Positions 40,280-53,457 of a stretch of DNA of 64,000 nucleotides are shown here, piece by piece (within the stretch, counting starts at the first letter, position 1; every line of letters begins with the position of its first letter). The stretch is taken from the NCBI GenBank assembly GCA_964016885.1, contig OZ024747.1, positions 63,240,001 to 63,304,000 on the forward strand. Reading direction: 5' to 3'. This stretch comes from Eledone cirrhosa. Taxonomy: Eukaryota. The position numbers and the translations under genes were made by a program. A model generated the notes under the pieces. It was not told the DNA's origin. It saw only the letters and a list, made by a program, of their open reading frames with translations, and ran no database searches.

Positions 40280-40500
40280 ATAATTGTTTCTTACTTTAGA
40301 GACAAGGACAGTAATTTGAAAGGAGGGTAGAGTCGATTAAATCACTGGTACTTTATTACTGCTACTTTATTATATCAACCCTGTAAGGATAAAAGGCAAA
40401 GCTAACCTTAGTGGGATTTGAACTAAGAACATAAAGGGCCATAACTCTATGCTATGAAGCATGGTGTCCGATGCTCTACCCATGCTGCCAATTCACTGCC
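40280..40500 (-). mobile_element. SINE family A (diverged)
   Basis: CTGGTACTTTATT..AAAGGCAAAG.TAACCT..GGGATTTGAACT. Confidence 0.75.
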
Positions 40501-42372
40501 CTTATTTTTAATAAACACTATATGAAATTTACTATGAGTAAACTGAGTCCTTAATATAAATATTCCATCATACTAAGTGTGTTTTGTTATATAAAGACAC
40601 AATGTTGCAATATTAAAGCAGGTTTTGGAAGCTGTTGAAGCATATTCATGAGATTTATGTGATTTTTTTTCCCATACTCAAACCTTTGTGTATCTGCTTT
40701 GAAATAGATACACAATACCCTTGCGTGTATATGCTTTAGCGTAGGTACACAATAGCCCTGCATATTGTAAAAGGGAAATAAAGCATTAGCATCAAGAAGG
40801 GTGTCCAATCATAAATCATTGCCTCAAAAAGGACCCAATGACAAGTATGAAGCTTATCATGGGGCCTAATCTCAGCTTCAACAGGGAAAATGGTCTTAAA
40901 ATAGTTGCTGTTGTTAGCGTTGTTGCCTTCAGTGTAAAATTATATGAATGAAAGCAGCTAGCCAGACAAAATACATATATATTTAGAATCAGATTATTTA
41001 ATAGGTATAATTTACAAGCTAATGATAATTAAAATCTGGAATGTTTTCAACTTTGAATTTGGTCAAAAGAAAATCTGCCATTATTAGCATGATGTCATTA
41101 TCTCAGTCTATCTTCTGATTGAATGAAAGAAATATAGTTATTCCAAATATCTCACTCTACCATCACTATGTGTATTTCCAATAGTCTTCAGCCTGCTGTC
41201 TTTTTAAAGTATATCAATGAAGTTTGTGTTGTCTCCCATGATTCATCTACCCATGGTTATGTTGCCATTGCACTAGATTTATCACTAGTAATTTTAATAT
41301 CAAAAATAAAATGCAACAAATATATATTTAGCATTTACATTACTCTATATATGTACTATTGTATTTTTATGGTAAAGGCTTAATCTTACATAATTATCTC
41401 ACATAATATCGAATCTACGAGATTTTGAGAACAATACCTTGACATAAGTATAAGCACCCTGTTATGGCTGGTTTGAACAGAAAGAGGTGAGAGAATTCTG
41501 GCTGAATATGCCCAGTTTAAATGCTAAAGGGATAAGCAATCTTGAGTTGTGATTGAGGCCATATAACTGTAGTTAATTTTAAATGAGGCCCCATATTATG
41601 TAATCTGTTTTAGATGGACATGAAATCACGTATTAGTAGTTACGGTATTATGCTTATAATTACATTGACATGAGTTTGATCAGTGGACCAGGCAATATGT
41701 TGTGTTTTTCAGCAAAACAGTTCACTTCAGTTGAAAAAGAGTACCAACAACAGCAGGTTTAACCTGGGGTATTCTGGCGTCCCCACCAACGAAATAAGGA
41801 TAGGTTTTAGCCCAATGAGCTTCCAGGCTTTATTACATTTCATTGGATGATTATTTTGTGATGAAATCGTCAGAAAGATGATTTTTGTAGCCATAGGTGT
41901 CTGATATGTATATATATATATATATATATAAAATCATCATCGCTTTTACATTCGCTTTTCATATATATATATACACACAACCTTTTGTTATGTCTGCTAT
42001 TCCATGTAGTCAGTAATAAGGACATTTGAAATATAATGGAAATGTTCTGTCTCTAGTCTTTAGTATCAGTCATAGTTCTCACGTCTGTGTGTCTGTACAT
42101 TAAAAAAAAAATGAAAGTTACATAATAGTCGCCTTCTTATGTAATATCAAGAACATCACTTCTGTATATACCACGGCACAACCATTATGTAAACGAAGGC
42201 CTACCACTGTAACTGTTAATATATTTGTATTTCACTATATAGAAATGTATTAGTATGTGGTTATTTATTTTTCATGTTTATTTTTTCCTATTATCGTTGT
42301 AGGAAAGTGACTCCAAACATTATGTATATTCATGTAATATTTAATAATTGTTAGACATTCTATATCCATGGC

Positions 42373-42423
<51 letters not shown>

Positions 42424-42499
42424 CGAAGGAAATGTGGTAAGGAACCAGGTGGACCATAACGCACCAAAGTACTCAATACTTGAGGTAGTAGAGTGGGTA

Positions 42500-42595
42500 A
42501 TAGGAACCAGTAAGACCCCGACAGCTGAGCTCAAGCCGTTTCGAGAATTAGCCGTCGAAACGGCTTGAGCTCAGCTGTCGGGGTCTTACTGGTTC

Positions 42596-42599
<4 letters not shown>
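42500..42599. repeat. Perfect 45-bp hairpin with 10-nt loop at the end of a (TA)n-embedded insert (42421-42599)
   Basis: ATAGGAACCAG..CCGTTTCGA gaattagccg TCGAAACGG..CTGGTTCCTAT. Confidence 0.92.
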
Positions 42600-42629
<30 letters not shown>

Positions 42630-42825
42630 TTCAAGAGTAACCAATCTTAAAGAGAGAGATGGAGATAGGAGAGGAGATAGGAGAGGAGAGATTGGTGAAT
42701 TAGTTAGAAGCCAAAGTGTAAAAGCATGTGCTCAATGTGCAATATGCAGTAGAAAGCAGCTAGGTGGCTGGGTTCATGCAGAAGTTAGGCGCGCAGAGCT
42801 GGAAATATTCATTAGAGACCACAAG

Positions 42826-44647
42826 TTTCACAAGGAAGACATTATTAAAAGATTGTCCACATATTTTAGTTTGATGTAAGGAATGTAGAGAATAATAATA
42901 ATAATAATATTAATAATAATTGTTTCTACTTTAGGCACAAGGCCAGCAATAACCCAGTACATTACTGGTACTTTATTTTATCGACCCCGTAAGGATGAAA
43001 GGCAAAGTTAAACTCGGCTGGATTTGAACTCAGACTGTAAAGGGACATAACTACTCTAGAAAGCATGGCGTCCAACGTCCGTTTACAATTGTTTTGCTAC
43101 TCCATATAATATTTCTGGATCAAATGACTATATATCATTATTGATCTGGTTCAGTTGAAAATAATTAACATATTTAAAAACAGAGCGGCTTATTGGAACT
43201 TCAAAGGAATATAAATTAAGATAAGGAGAGAATGTTGCATAATGTAATGTTCCATATATTAGTATTTCACTATGGTGTCTTGGGTGCATCAGTTGTCAGC
43301 CATAATCAAGCAGTATTCATCTGTCGAGGCTGCATTGTGTGAGATCTGCCTATGAGTAACAAGATGGACATATTTACCTTACTAATTAGAGGGTGGTTTC
43401 AGGGGAGGTAATTCCTCGAGAGATTAGAAATTCTGGGTAGTTTATAGTTAAGTGCTAATTTTTTAATTTTTTAATTGAGAGACAATGTAGGGGAGGTAAC
43501 TTATAATTATCTAAGTTAGTTATAGCTATTTAACTTATTAGCTACAAGTAAAAATGGGGCTAGATGACTATGTTGGGTCAAATATTCTGTTGGCGAAGGA
43601 ATTAGCCCTTCGATGTTGACAGCTAATAGTTACCTCCGTTCTATCGTTACTCGGTCGTGATAGAGTTATGTAATATGCTTCGGTAATACAGTGATCACAA
43701 GATTTTCTTCGTCCACTGAACGGTTGGGCCCTAGCTAAAATATCACATGTTAGTGAGTGTTCAATGTTGCTTAATTTAAGGTTTTTAATAAGCCTAGCTA
43801 GAGATGTCGAACATCTGTTGTTAGGGTCTCGGAAGGAAAAAGTGTGTGCGTTATAGCGTACCTTAAAAGGGCTAGAGGTAGACCCAATATAGGAGCTGGT
43901 ATTCGAAGCAGTTTTAACCGTGCACCTATAGACTATGGTGGGTGTCAGGCAATGTCCATTTAGTGGGCATGCATTAGGGTAACGGCAGTTGCAGTTGCTT
44001 CTGCGGTTAGTGAGAGTAGGGTAGTTTAACCTAAGCGGTTGGTTAGTGTTAGAAGGATTAGATGGGGGAGGTGTGCTACTAGAGTAAGTATTGGTGGCGT
44101 GGTGTATTTGATAGGGGTGGTTGTACCGCAGTGAGGGAGTTATACTGTCTTAGTTTATGATGGTTACTGAATGCGATGTGGCTAGCTAGGTTAGGTGTTG
44201 TGGAGAATGAGATTTTAATGTTATTTTTATTAAAGAGTTTGTAATATCTATGGTTGGTGGGGGAATGTTTAGATAGGATAGAGAAGAAGCGTTTAGGGAT
44301 ATTAGTGGCTAGATTAGATGAGAATGGGGGGTTAAGCCAGGTGATATTTCTAGGCCTATTCCTTCTATATATAGAACATTACATTATGTAATAACATTCT
44401 CTCCTTATCTTAATTTATATTCCTTTGAAGTTCCAATAAGCCGCTCTGTTTTTAAATATGTTAATTATTTTCAACTGAACCAGATCAATAATGATATATA
44501 ATCATTTGATCCAGAAATATTATATGGATTAGCGAAACAATTGTCAACGGACATTATTATTATTAATATTATTATTATTATTCTCTACATTCCTTACATC
44601 AAGCTAAAATATGTTGACAATCTTTTAATAATGTCTTCCTTGTGAAA
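42826..44647 (-). mobile_element. 5'-truncated Penelope-like retroelement bracketed by inverted arms (42826-43259 / 44367-44647)
   Basis: Arms reverse-complementary apart from a SINE A (42921-43076) in the left arm only; GIY-YIG coding region inside. Confidence 0.88.
43568..44366 (-). pseudogene. PLE RT-thumb/linker and GIY-YIG endonuclease (Naiad-like), frameshifted
   Basis: RNITWLNPPFSSNLATNI..KLFNKNNIKISFSTTPNL..; CNCRYPNACPLNGHCL..IVYRC..YIGSTSSPFKVRYNAHTFSF..STSLA..CDHCITEAYYI..EVTISCQHR. Confidence 0.9.
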
Positions 44648-44820
44648 TTCTGGCTTGATATCAACAGCTGGATGCCCTTCTTAACGCCAACCTCATTTAC
44701 AGTGAGTGCTGGATGCTTTTTTTCTGTGGTGCCTACACGTCCACTTTGCAGTGAGTGCTGGGTGCTTTTTTGCCGTGGCACCTCCACAACCACTTTGCAG
44801 TGGAATGGTAGGGACCCTAT
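44648..44820 (-). mobile_element. SINE family C fragment
   Basis: CAGCTGGATGCCCTTC..CCAACCTCATTTACAGTG and internal ~48-bp repeats. Confidence 0.8.
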
Positions 44821-45044
44821 GGAGGTTGTTATATCTTTCACACTTGTGAGGAGTCCCTTTTACCCTTAATTTGCTAAGTTTTCTGTCGCTGGATGCCCTT
44901 CCTATAACCAATCGTTTTAACCAATTGCTTTACATATGTATATATATATATATCATCACCAACATTTTTACCTTCATTTGAATAGGATATATATATAATC
45001 TCCATGCATTTCTCCCCCCCCCCCTCCCTCTCTCACTCTCTCTT

Positions 45045-45081
<37 letters not shown>

Positions 45082-45488
45082 GTATATATATGTATATGTA
45101 TTTATATATATATATATGTGTATATGTATATATATATGTATATATATATATTTATATATATGTATATATATGTATATGTATATATATATATTTATATATA
45201 TGTATATATATGTATATGTGTATATATATATATTTATATATATGCATATATATGTATATGTATATATATATATATGCATATATATGTATATGTATATATA
45301 TATATATGCATATATATGTATATGTATATATATATATTTATATATATGTATATATATATGTATATATATGTATATATATATGTATATATATATACATATA
45401 CATGTATATATATATATATATGTATATATATGTATATATATATGTATATATATATATACATATACATGTATATATATATATATGTGCG

Positions 45489-45529
<41 letters not shown>

Positions 45530-45614
45530 AATAATATAGGCAAAAAGTAAATGTAATCAACAATGCAAACAACACAGTACAAGGAAGAAATATATTAGAT
45601 ATAGCAGGAAAAGA

Positions 45615-45650
45615 GTCTTTCGTTTCAGACACTAGTCCTTCATCAAAAGA
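45615..45650 (-). ncRNA. Degenerate minimal hammerhead motif
   Basis: TCTT-TTGATGA-AGGACTAGTGTCT-GAAA-CG-A-AAGA (first core base mutated, U of NUH lost), in a (TA)n-flanked module. Confidence 0.4.
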
Positions 45651-45890
45651 TAGAATGATAAATAAAAGATGAAATAAAAAAATAGAGTGAGAAGACGAAA
45701 AATATTTTGTAAAACATCTATGCTGGTTTTCAGTCAGCCATTTTGGAGAAAACATGCATTCCTATTATATAAAAGTATAAATGTATATATATATATATAT
45801 ATATATCACGATAAATTAACGGAGCCATAGGCCCTTGCCATTCCCTGTAAATAATGTGCTCAAAGAAGAAGAAATCCTGAGCTCTTTAAA

Positions 45891-46555
45891 ATACAATATG
45901 TTGAAAAGGTAACACACCAGAGAGAGATATACAGTGTGCTATCAATAAAACAGGGAAAAAACCACCAGTGTATGGAATCTATAACCTATGAAAGGTAGAC
46001 TATAGACACGATAATTAAAAATATAAATTAAAGCGTAAATAAATACCTCTATAACTATATAACACACGTACAAATTCAAAGACATCTGTTTCGCCAGTAA
46101 TTTGTTGACAGAAATGGAATAACCTCGGTTCCACAGCGTGTGTAAGACAACACTACGAGAATTTTAAAAGTGACTGTCCAGCTACACATGGGAGAGAGAA
46201 GTCACGGCATGTTTAAGGGCAGTGAACCAGTGGCCTCTGAGGGACGAGCTGCTAGAAATGGCAGCCCAAAACCACTCAGAGAAGTGTGAAATGTATAGCC
46301 TTACACACGCTGAGGAACCGAGGTTATTCCATTTCTGTCAACAAATTACTGGTGAAACAGATGTCTTTGGATTTGTACGTGTGTTATATAGTTATAGAGG
46401 TATTTATTTACGCTTTAATTTATATTTTTAATTATCGTGTCTATAGTCTGCCTTTCATAGGTTATAGATTCCATACACTGGTGGTTTTTTCCCTGTTTTA
46501 TTGATAGCGCACTGTATATCTCTCTTTGGTGTTTTACCTTTTAAACATATTGTAT
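45891..46555. repeat. Inverted repeat, ~256-bp arms (45891-46146 / 46300-46555), in (TA)n
   Basis: Reverse-complement match with scattered substitutions. Confidence 0.92.
46303..46385 (+). ncRNA. Hammerhead-like motif (inverted copy has CTGTGGA)
   Basis: CTGAGGA-ACC..GGT-GAAA-CAGATG-TC; stem I not contiguous (ACACACG could pair with CGTGTGT 12 nt downstream). Confidence 0.5.
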
Positions 46556-46959
46556 ATATATATATATTTATACTTATATGTAATAGGCATGCTAGAGTAT
46601 ATATATATATATACATATATATATTATACATTTATGCATGCACACACACGAATGGTTGTGCATTGTGAGAATTTATTTGCTGTACAAATCCAATAACTGC
46701 ATCTGACACAACACTTGAACAATCAGAAGAGTGGGCTATAAAATGTAGACTCTTGTATAAAATTCTTACCTTTTGTTTTGTAATAATGTTGCTAACAGAA
46801 AGTATGCAGCTTTAATAATATTGACAACATAAATACTCTTAGCATATATATATATATATATCATTGAATATAAGCATAGAAAAATCTGTAAACCTGTATT
46901 TACATGAGGGTCTATGTAAATATATGCATAGTTGTGATTATATATATATGTATATATAT

Positions 46960-47138
46960 ATATATATATATACTCAGGCATATAAGAACTAAAGCTTTAT
47001 GGGAACAAATGTGTGCGTGTGCGTGTGCGCATGTACACAAATGAATATATATATATATATATATATACTCAGGCATATAAGAACTAAAGCTTTATGGGAA
47101 CAAATGTGTGCGTGTGTGTGTGCGCATGTACACAAATG
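46960..47138. repeat. Tandem duplication of ~70 bp separated by (TA)n
   Basis: TACTCAGGCATATAAGAACTAAAGCTTTATGGGAACAAATG..CACAAATGAA occurs twice. Confidence 0.9.
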
Positions 47139-49992
47139 AAGAAGACGGATATACAACTGAACAGCAGAAGTGTTTGTTAGATAAAAGAATCCAAGGTTTT
47201 TTGTACAAAAGCAATGATGATATATGCTGTGTATGATGTCTGAAGTGAAGCACAGCCATAATTGATCTATTAGTAAAATGTAAATATATTGTTTCCTGTC
47301 TGAGAATATTATATATTCCATAACAATTCAACACTTGTGAGCTCTACTCCATTCATTGCTATGTTTCAACTTATCTCTCTCATCCATACAAACTGTCTCA
47401 AACAATAAAGTTACAGTTTTTATAGCAGCCTCTCATGGGAAGTCTATCTTCTTCTTACAATATCAAACAGCATAATATAAAGACATCAAAATGTAAAAAA
47501 ATGGAATATGGTATCTTTAGTTACAGTTAGCTTTACATCTATATCTGCTTTAAAAGTTGAGTAATGAGAAAACAAATCATACAAACGATTTTTCTCTGAT
47601 AAAAAGGAAGAAATATATGGATAGAAATAACAGAATATAAACAGATTTTGGCATCTCAGACCCTTCATGGTTAGGTTTTGAAATTAAAACCGAAGTTAAA
47701 GATGAAATATTTAGTTGTATTAATACAAAAACTATATTAATATGCTAGTCTGAAATGTAAAGACATTATATGAAAATGAAAACATATTCATATATGTATT
47801 TGTCTTCGAGTTTGTTGTTTAAATATATTTATTGTGTAAAATATTCTTTGATTTATATTCACCAAAAGACCTTGAGGTAATATTTTTTCTGTATATTTAA
47901 TGTCATTTGAAGTAATTAGACTTATATCATAATCTTTTTACTTTAATATATATGCACATATATTCACTCAATACATAAACAAAATAGTCAAGTTGATTTA
48001 GATTAATATTCTTATGCTAATGGTGATAATAATATTACATATGTATGTCTGTGTGTATATATATATATGGAAAACAAAGCTTAACTAAACCAAGCAAAAG
48101 CAAATACATCAAGTCACAGTGAAAGAGAGTAACCATGTTTATATGAGAGTGTGAAGAAATATATTTCTATATCTGATTCTATATTCTATTACAATCAACA
48201 TCTACCACATACTGAACTATTTATATTTAGTATTATTGTCAATACAGATTATCACTAGGTTTTCAAACAATTTTGTTAATCTACCTTCTGTCCCCTGACT
48301 AGTACATTATTTTATCGACATCATAAAATAATGTAGTAGTCAGGGATGAAAGGCAGTGTTAACTGTGATAGGATATGAAACCAAAGCACAGAGACATATA
48401 CAACAAAACATTTTATGTTAGACTCTAAAGATTCTGTCTTTGTCCTTTTGCTTTTACCCTTTTCAAACCAACCTGCCTAAAATCATATCTTGTTCTGTAT
48501 TACTACGCTTCATATTTTGAAGTTTATATTTATTTAAAAACCTTCCATCATAATTTTCTCTAAGATCCTTTAAGTGTCCGTGAACATATACACATACACA
48601 ACGTCTGAACACAAAATAACCAAACCCTCACTCTCACTGCCTCCGTTCCTTCTGCTCTCCCCTTCTCTCACTATTATGAGCAAATGCGGGCCCAAATGCT
48701 GGCTGCCCCATGGCCCTGGCTGACAGAATGCAGAAGGCGTTTCATCGTAAGATTTTAAGGAATTGTGCTGGAAGAGCTATTCCGGCTCGCGATGCTCACA
48801 CCTGTATGTAGCCAACTCTGTGCTGATGAAGGTGAGCAGGGAGGTGGCCCTTAGGGCCAAGTACATCAGAAGTCTCCACTGCCACAGACTTGACTGCAGA
48901 CCTGTCAGAGAGCGACTGATATTTGGAGAGTTTAGTTATGTTTCAAACACCAGGAATAATTCTTTTTAACATTGGTACAAAGCCAACAATTTGGGTGAAA
49001 GGGAAAGTCGATTATATTGATCCCAGTACTGAAGTCATACTTTATCAATATCAGATAAATAACGATAAACTTAGTTATATTACTAAATCCCACCAAAATT
49101 TTGATATTTCCAAAATTAATTCAAAATCATAGGCAGTATCTTTTATTAAATATACGGTAACAAAAAGGTTAACAGATATTTGCTCAAATTATTCAAAAGA
49201 ACACAAAATGCATTTTATATTTTTTTGCTTCTCTAATTGTCAATGAGATATACACATTTTCTATGATATCAGATATGCAAGGAATGAATAGTTAGATGTA
49301 ATAAAGGTTTGTGAACTGCAACAAATGTGAGAGAAAGGTAGGGAGTCAGTCAAACAATACAGAATACTTATCTAGCAAAAGAAAAAGATGAGCCAACATG
49401 AATTTTAGAACAGATTGGCATTGCAATATATCAAAACCTAGTGTGTAAAAATACAATGTTGTTGCATCCATATGTTAATAATTTTCTAGTAAAGGAAGCA
49501 AATATATACTTTAAAGTATACATGATAAATAACAAAGGGATTTTAAATATGTATGTGTCAATGACAAGATGTAAAATGAAGAAATAATTTTTTCTTTCTC
49601 CTGTAAAGGAATATATTTAGTAACATATAATCATTATAGAAAAGAATCTTATATGTTTGATTTTGTTTTCTATGAGGTATCTTTCTTTGAAGGAGTAAAT
49701 AGCAAATATATTTGTGTGTATGCATTTACACTTGTTTGTATCAGATTATTTGTCTGATTATATCTATATATATATATCTATATATAACATCCAAAAATAT
49801 AAACGTCATGTTTGAGAAAATCTCAAACATGTACCATATCACCTGTAGGATACATATGTATATATATATATGTCAATCGATATATATATACACACACAAA
49901 AGGTAAATGGAAACAACAAAGCTAACAACACAGTACAATAGAGAAGTATAATAGTTTAATGCTCGATATATGTATATTTATAAATGTTCATC

Positions 49993-50123
<131 letters not shown>

Positions 50124-50208
50124 GAAAAATTGAACAGGGACAGAACAGAGAGGCAGTACGACAAATGTTTATTAAATTCACGCTCAGGAGAGTGGGGGGT
50201 AGGTGGGG

Positions 50209-50242
50209 GACGACGTTTCGGGCATAAGCCCTTCTTCAGGTG
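50209..50242 (-). ncRNA. Minimal hammerhead motif of PLE type
   Basis: CAC-CTGAAGA-AGGGCTTATGCCC-GAAA-CG-TC-GT; intact core and stem II, very short stem I. Confidence 0.6.
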
Positions 50243-50969
50243 AGAGTTCAAAAGGTGTGTAGGGGAGTGGTGGAGAGACATATAGCGAAAGGAAACGGTG
50301 CAAATGAAAAATTAACAAATAAAGACAAAAATATAATAAATAATAAATAAAAATAAAGCATGATCAAAATACAAGGAATGAGAAAATTTAAAAATAAAGG
50401 CATGATCAAATATATATATATATATATTAATATATATATATATAAAGCAAGTATTGTATCAAGAAAAATAAACGTTGTCGTGGAAAGATTATGAATTTAT
50501 TTGCTTTGACATGTTTCTTTGTCTATTATAAATTGTCTATATGGTGACTACAATATATATTTCTCTATCATATGCAATACTTAATTAATAATTAAACTTC
50601 ATCAGAAAGCCTATAGTAGTGGAATTCAACTGATCACCAAGAAGTAAAATTCAGAAAATGTAAATAAGTTAAAAATAGCATGGAATACAGTCAGTTAGTG
50701 TGATAGAAAAGAGGAAAGGGTGTGGGGGGTAAATAGTTTCAAACTATCTTCCATGGGCTGTGATGTGGAACAATTATTCTTTGACCATTGTTATAGGTGA
50801 GGTTTTGATGTTTACCATATATGGGGGTAAAGATTGTATAAGGAGAGGGACAGAGAAAGATAAAGTAGAGATTAAGAATAGGCTAGAGAGGGCAAGGAGG
50901 AATGGAATTAAGTAATTTTATATATATAATAGACACACGAGGACAAACCAAAGTAAATGCCTCAGTGAA

Positions 50970-51153
50970 GCCCCCAGCCCACACAGTAAATGAGGTTGGC
51001 ATTAGGAAGGGCATCCAGCTGTAGCAACAAAGCCAGAATCAGTCCTGTAAGAGCAAAACATGGTCACTTGACCTGGCATTGCCCACAACAGGACAACTGT
51101 CTAACCCATGCTAGTGTGGAAACATTGACGTAAAATGCTGATGAAGATGATGA
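50970..51153 (+). mobile_element. SINE family C 3' part
   Basis: GAGGTTGGCATTAGGAAGGGCATCCAGCTGTAG..ACCCATGCTAG..GACGTAAAATG. Confidence 0.8.
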
Positions 51154-51287
51154 TTATATATATAAACATATACAGAGAAAGAGAGGCTCAGAACACATAC
51201 TTGTGCTATACATTTCTTGTTTTTCTTAAGTAAGGAGTTTTATTCTAAATGCTAAAAAAATTTACCAATACACCTGTAGTGATGACG

Positions 51288-51333
<46 letters not shown>

Positions 51334-51335
<2 letters not shown>

Positions 51336-52717
51336 GTAATGAGGAATTACAAGAGGAGACACACTGGTCTTGCCATGGGATGGATAGACTACAAAAAGGC
51401 ATTTGACATGGTGCCTCATTCTTGGATCAGCAAAAGCCTAGAGATGATCAAGGTAGCAGATAACATCAGACAGTTGTTGAGCAAAAGTATGAAGTCCTGG
51501 AAAACAGAGTTAACATGAGCTGGAGAATCCTTGAGAGGCGTGAAGATCAAGAGAGGTATCTTCCAGGGAGATTGTCTGTCCCCTCTGTTGTTTGTCCTTG
51601 CCCTGATGCCCCTGACCATTATACTGCGAAAAGTGAGAGCAGGATACAAGTTGGGAAAGGGAGAGCTTACCATCAATCACCTCCTCTTCATGGACGATCT
51701 TAAGCTCTTCGGGAAGAGTGAGAAGGAGTTGGATGTGCTTGTTGACACTGTCCGTATTTTCAGCAATGATATATGTATGCAATTTGGTATTAGTAAGTGT
51801 GGAGTCCTTGTGATGAAGAGGGGTAAATTGAGCAGAAGTAACGGAATCCAGGTACCAACAGGTGAGATGATAAAGGAAATTGATACTGAAGAAGGATACA
51901 AGTATTTGGGTGTTCTGGAGGCTGATGACATCAAGAACAAAAAAATGAAGGAATTGATAAGATCTGAATACATTCGGAACAGTAGGAATGCTAATGGCTG
52001 CACAAGAGCAGGCCCTCAAAATGAAGTGGCTGAAACACCATATTTACAGGGAGGAGGCTAGCCCACTGTGCAGGATCTGTGAAGAGAGAGAGGAGACTGT
52101 GGCTCACATTGTATCCGAGTGTAAACACCTAGCCCAGAGTCAATATAAAGGCTGGAGACATGATGTGATGGGCAGGATGATCCACTGGCACCTATGCAAA
52201 GTAAACAATTTACCACATTCTGAGAAGTGGTATGAGCATAAGCCAGAGTCGGTGATAGAAAACGATCAGGTGAAGGTGCTGTGGGATTTTAGGATACAGA
52301 CGGACAAGAAATTGGAACACAATAGACCTGACCTGCTGGTTTTGGACAAGGAAAAAAGATTGTGCCTGATTGTGGATGTGGCCTGCCCATTCGACACGAG
52401 AGTGCAAGAGAAGGAGAGGGAGAAAATTAACCGATACCAGAACTTAAAGTGGGAGGTAAAAAGGATTTGGAACTGCCATGAAATCAGAGTTGTCCCGATT
52501 GTTATAGGCGCACTAGGTACTATCTCAAAGAGTTTCCAGGGATGGTTAAAGAAAATTGGCCATGCCCCGCTTTATGGAACACTTCAAAAAGCACGCTTGA
52601 TGGGAACAGCAAGAACTCTCCAATACGTCCTGAATATCTGAGGCTGCAGGTAGTGGCTAGATATTCATTTCAACAAACTTTCCAGTTAACTAACATCAAT
52701 GACTGAGACTCAAAGAA
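51334..52717 (+). mobile_element. R4/Dong-like non-LTR retrotransposon (RT + CCHC + restriction-like endonuclease), 5'-truncated, internally deleted, in (TAA)n
   Basis: WIDYKKAFDMVPHSW, GIFQGDCLSPLLF, HLLFMDDLKL, YKYLG; CRIC..ETVAHIVSEC, RHD, RPDL..IVDVACP..EK..Y; stop at 51516; deletion/frameshift near 51978; (TAA)n on both sides. Confidence 0.93.
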
Positions 52718-52718
52718 C

Positions 52719-52761
<43 letters not shown>

Positions 52762-52780
52762 TTAATAATAATAATAATAA

Positions 52781-52953
52781 TTGTTACTACATTTGGCACA
52801 AGGCCAGCAATTATCCAGTACATTACTGGTACTTTATTTTATCGACCCCGTAAGGATGAAAGGCAAAGTTAAACTCGGCGGGGTTTGAACTTAGAATGGC
52901 AAAGACCGTAACTCTATGCGCCCGACCATCTACCGATACTGCCAATACGCCAA
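52781..52953 (-). mobile_element. SINE family A in the (TAA)n tail of the R4-like element
   Basis: ACTGGTACTTTATTTTATCGACCCCGTAAGGATGAAAGGCAAAG. Confidence 0.88.
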
Positions 52954-53338
52954 TAATAGGCACACAAAGTTGTGCTTGGTAATGCAGTGATAAAGCACAA
53001 AATAATAATAATTATGATGATAGTAATAATATGGTTTAAGACATTTTAAACATTTATTAGGAAATACAAAGAAATATGCTAGAAAATATTATCCAATTTA
53101 TAAACTCTGATAGAAGAATGGCTTTTTTTACTGTCAATGATCTTAGAATATGTGCACAGCAATATAGTAAATGAAGTTGATTAGTGCAGCATTGTTATAA
53201 AAGATTGCATGTCGGCGATGGTAATGAGAGCAACAACTATGGTATAGATGACAATGATCACGATGATGATGATGATATTTTTTTCATGTCACCAGCACGA
53301 CCAGCTTTCACTTATGTCTTGTCACCAACACATAAGTG

Positions 53339-53457
<119 letters not shown>

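Noticed and set aside
43568-44366. Selenoprotein-type PLE
   Set aside because: The conserved Cys positions are TGY codons; no in-frame TGA in the GIY-YIG region
48660-48930. GC-richer segment, possible exon or LINE fragment
   Set aside because: No convincing motif or continuous frame
51516-51518. In-frame TGA in the R4-like RT as possible selenocysteine or readthrough
   Set aside because: The copy is truncated and deleted and no SECIS was recognised; a nonsense mutation is simpler
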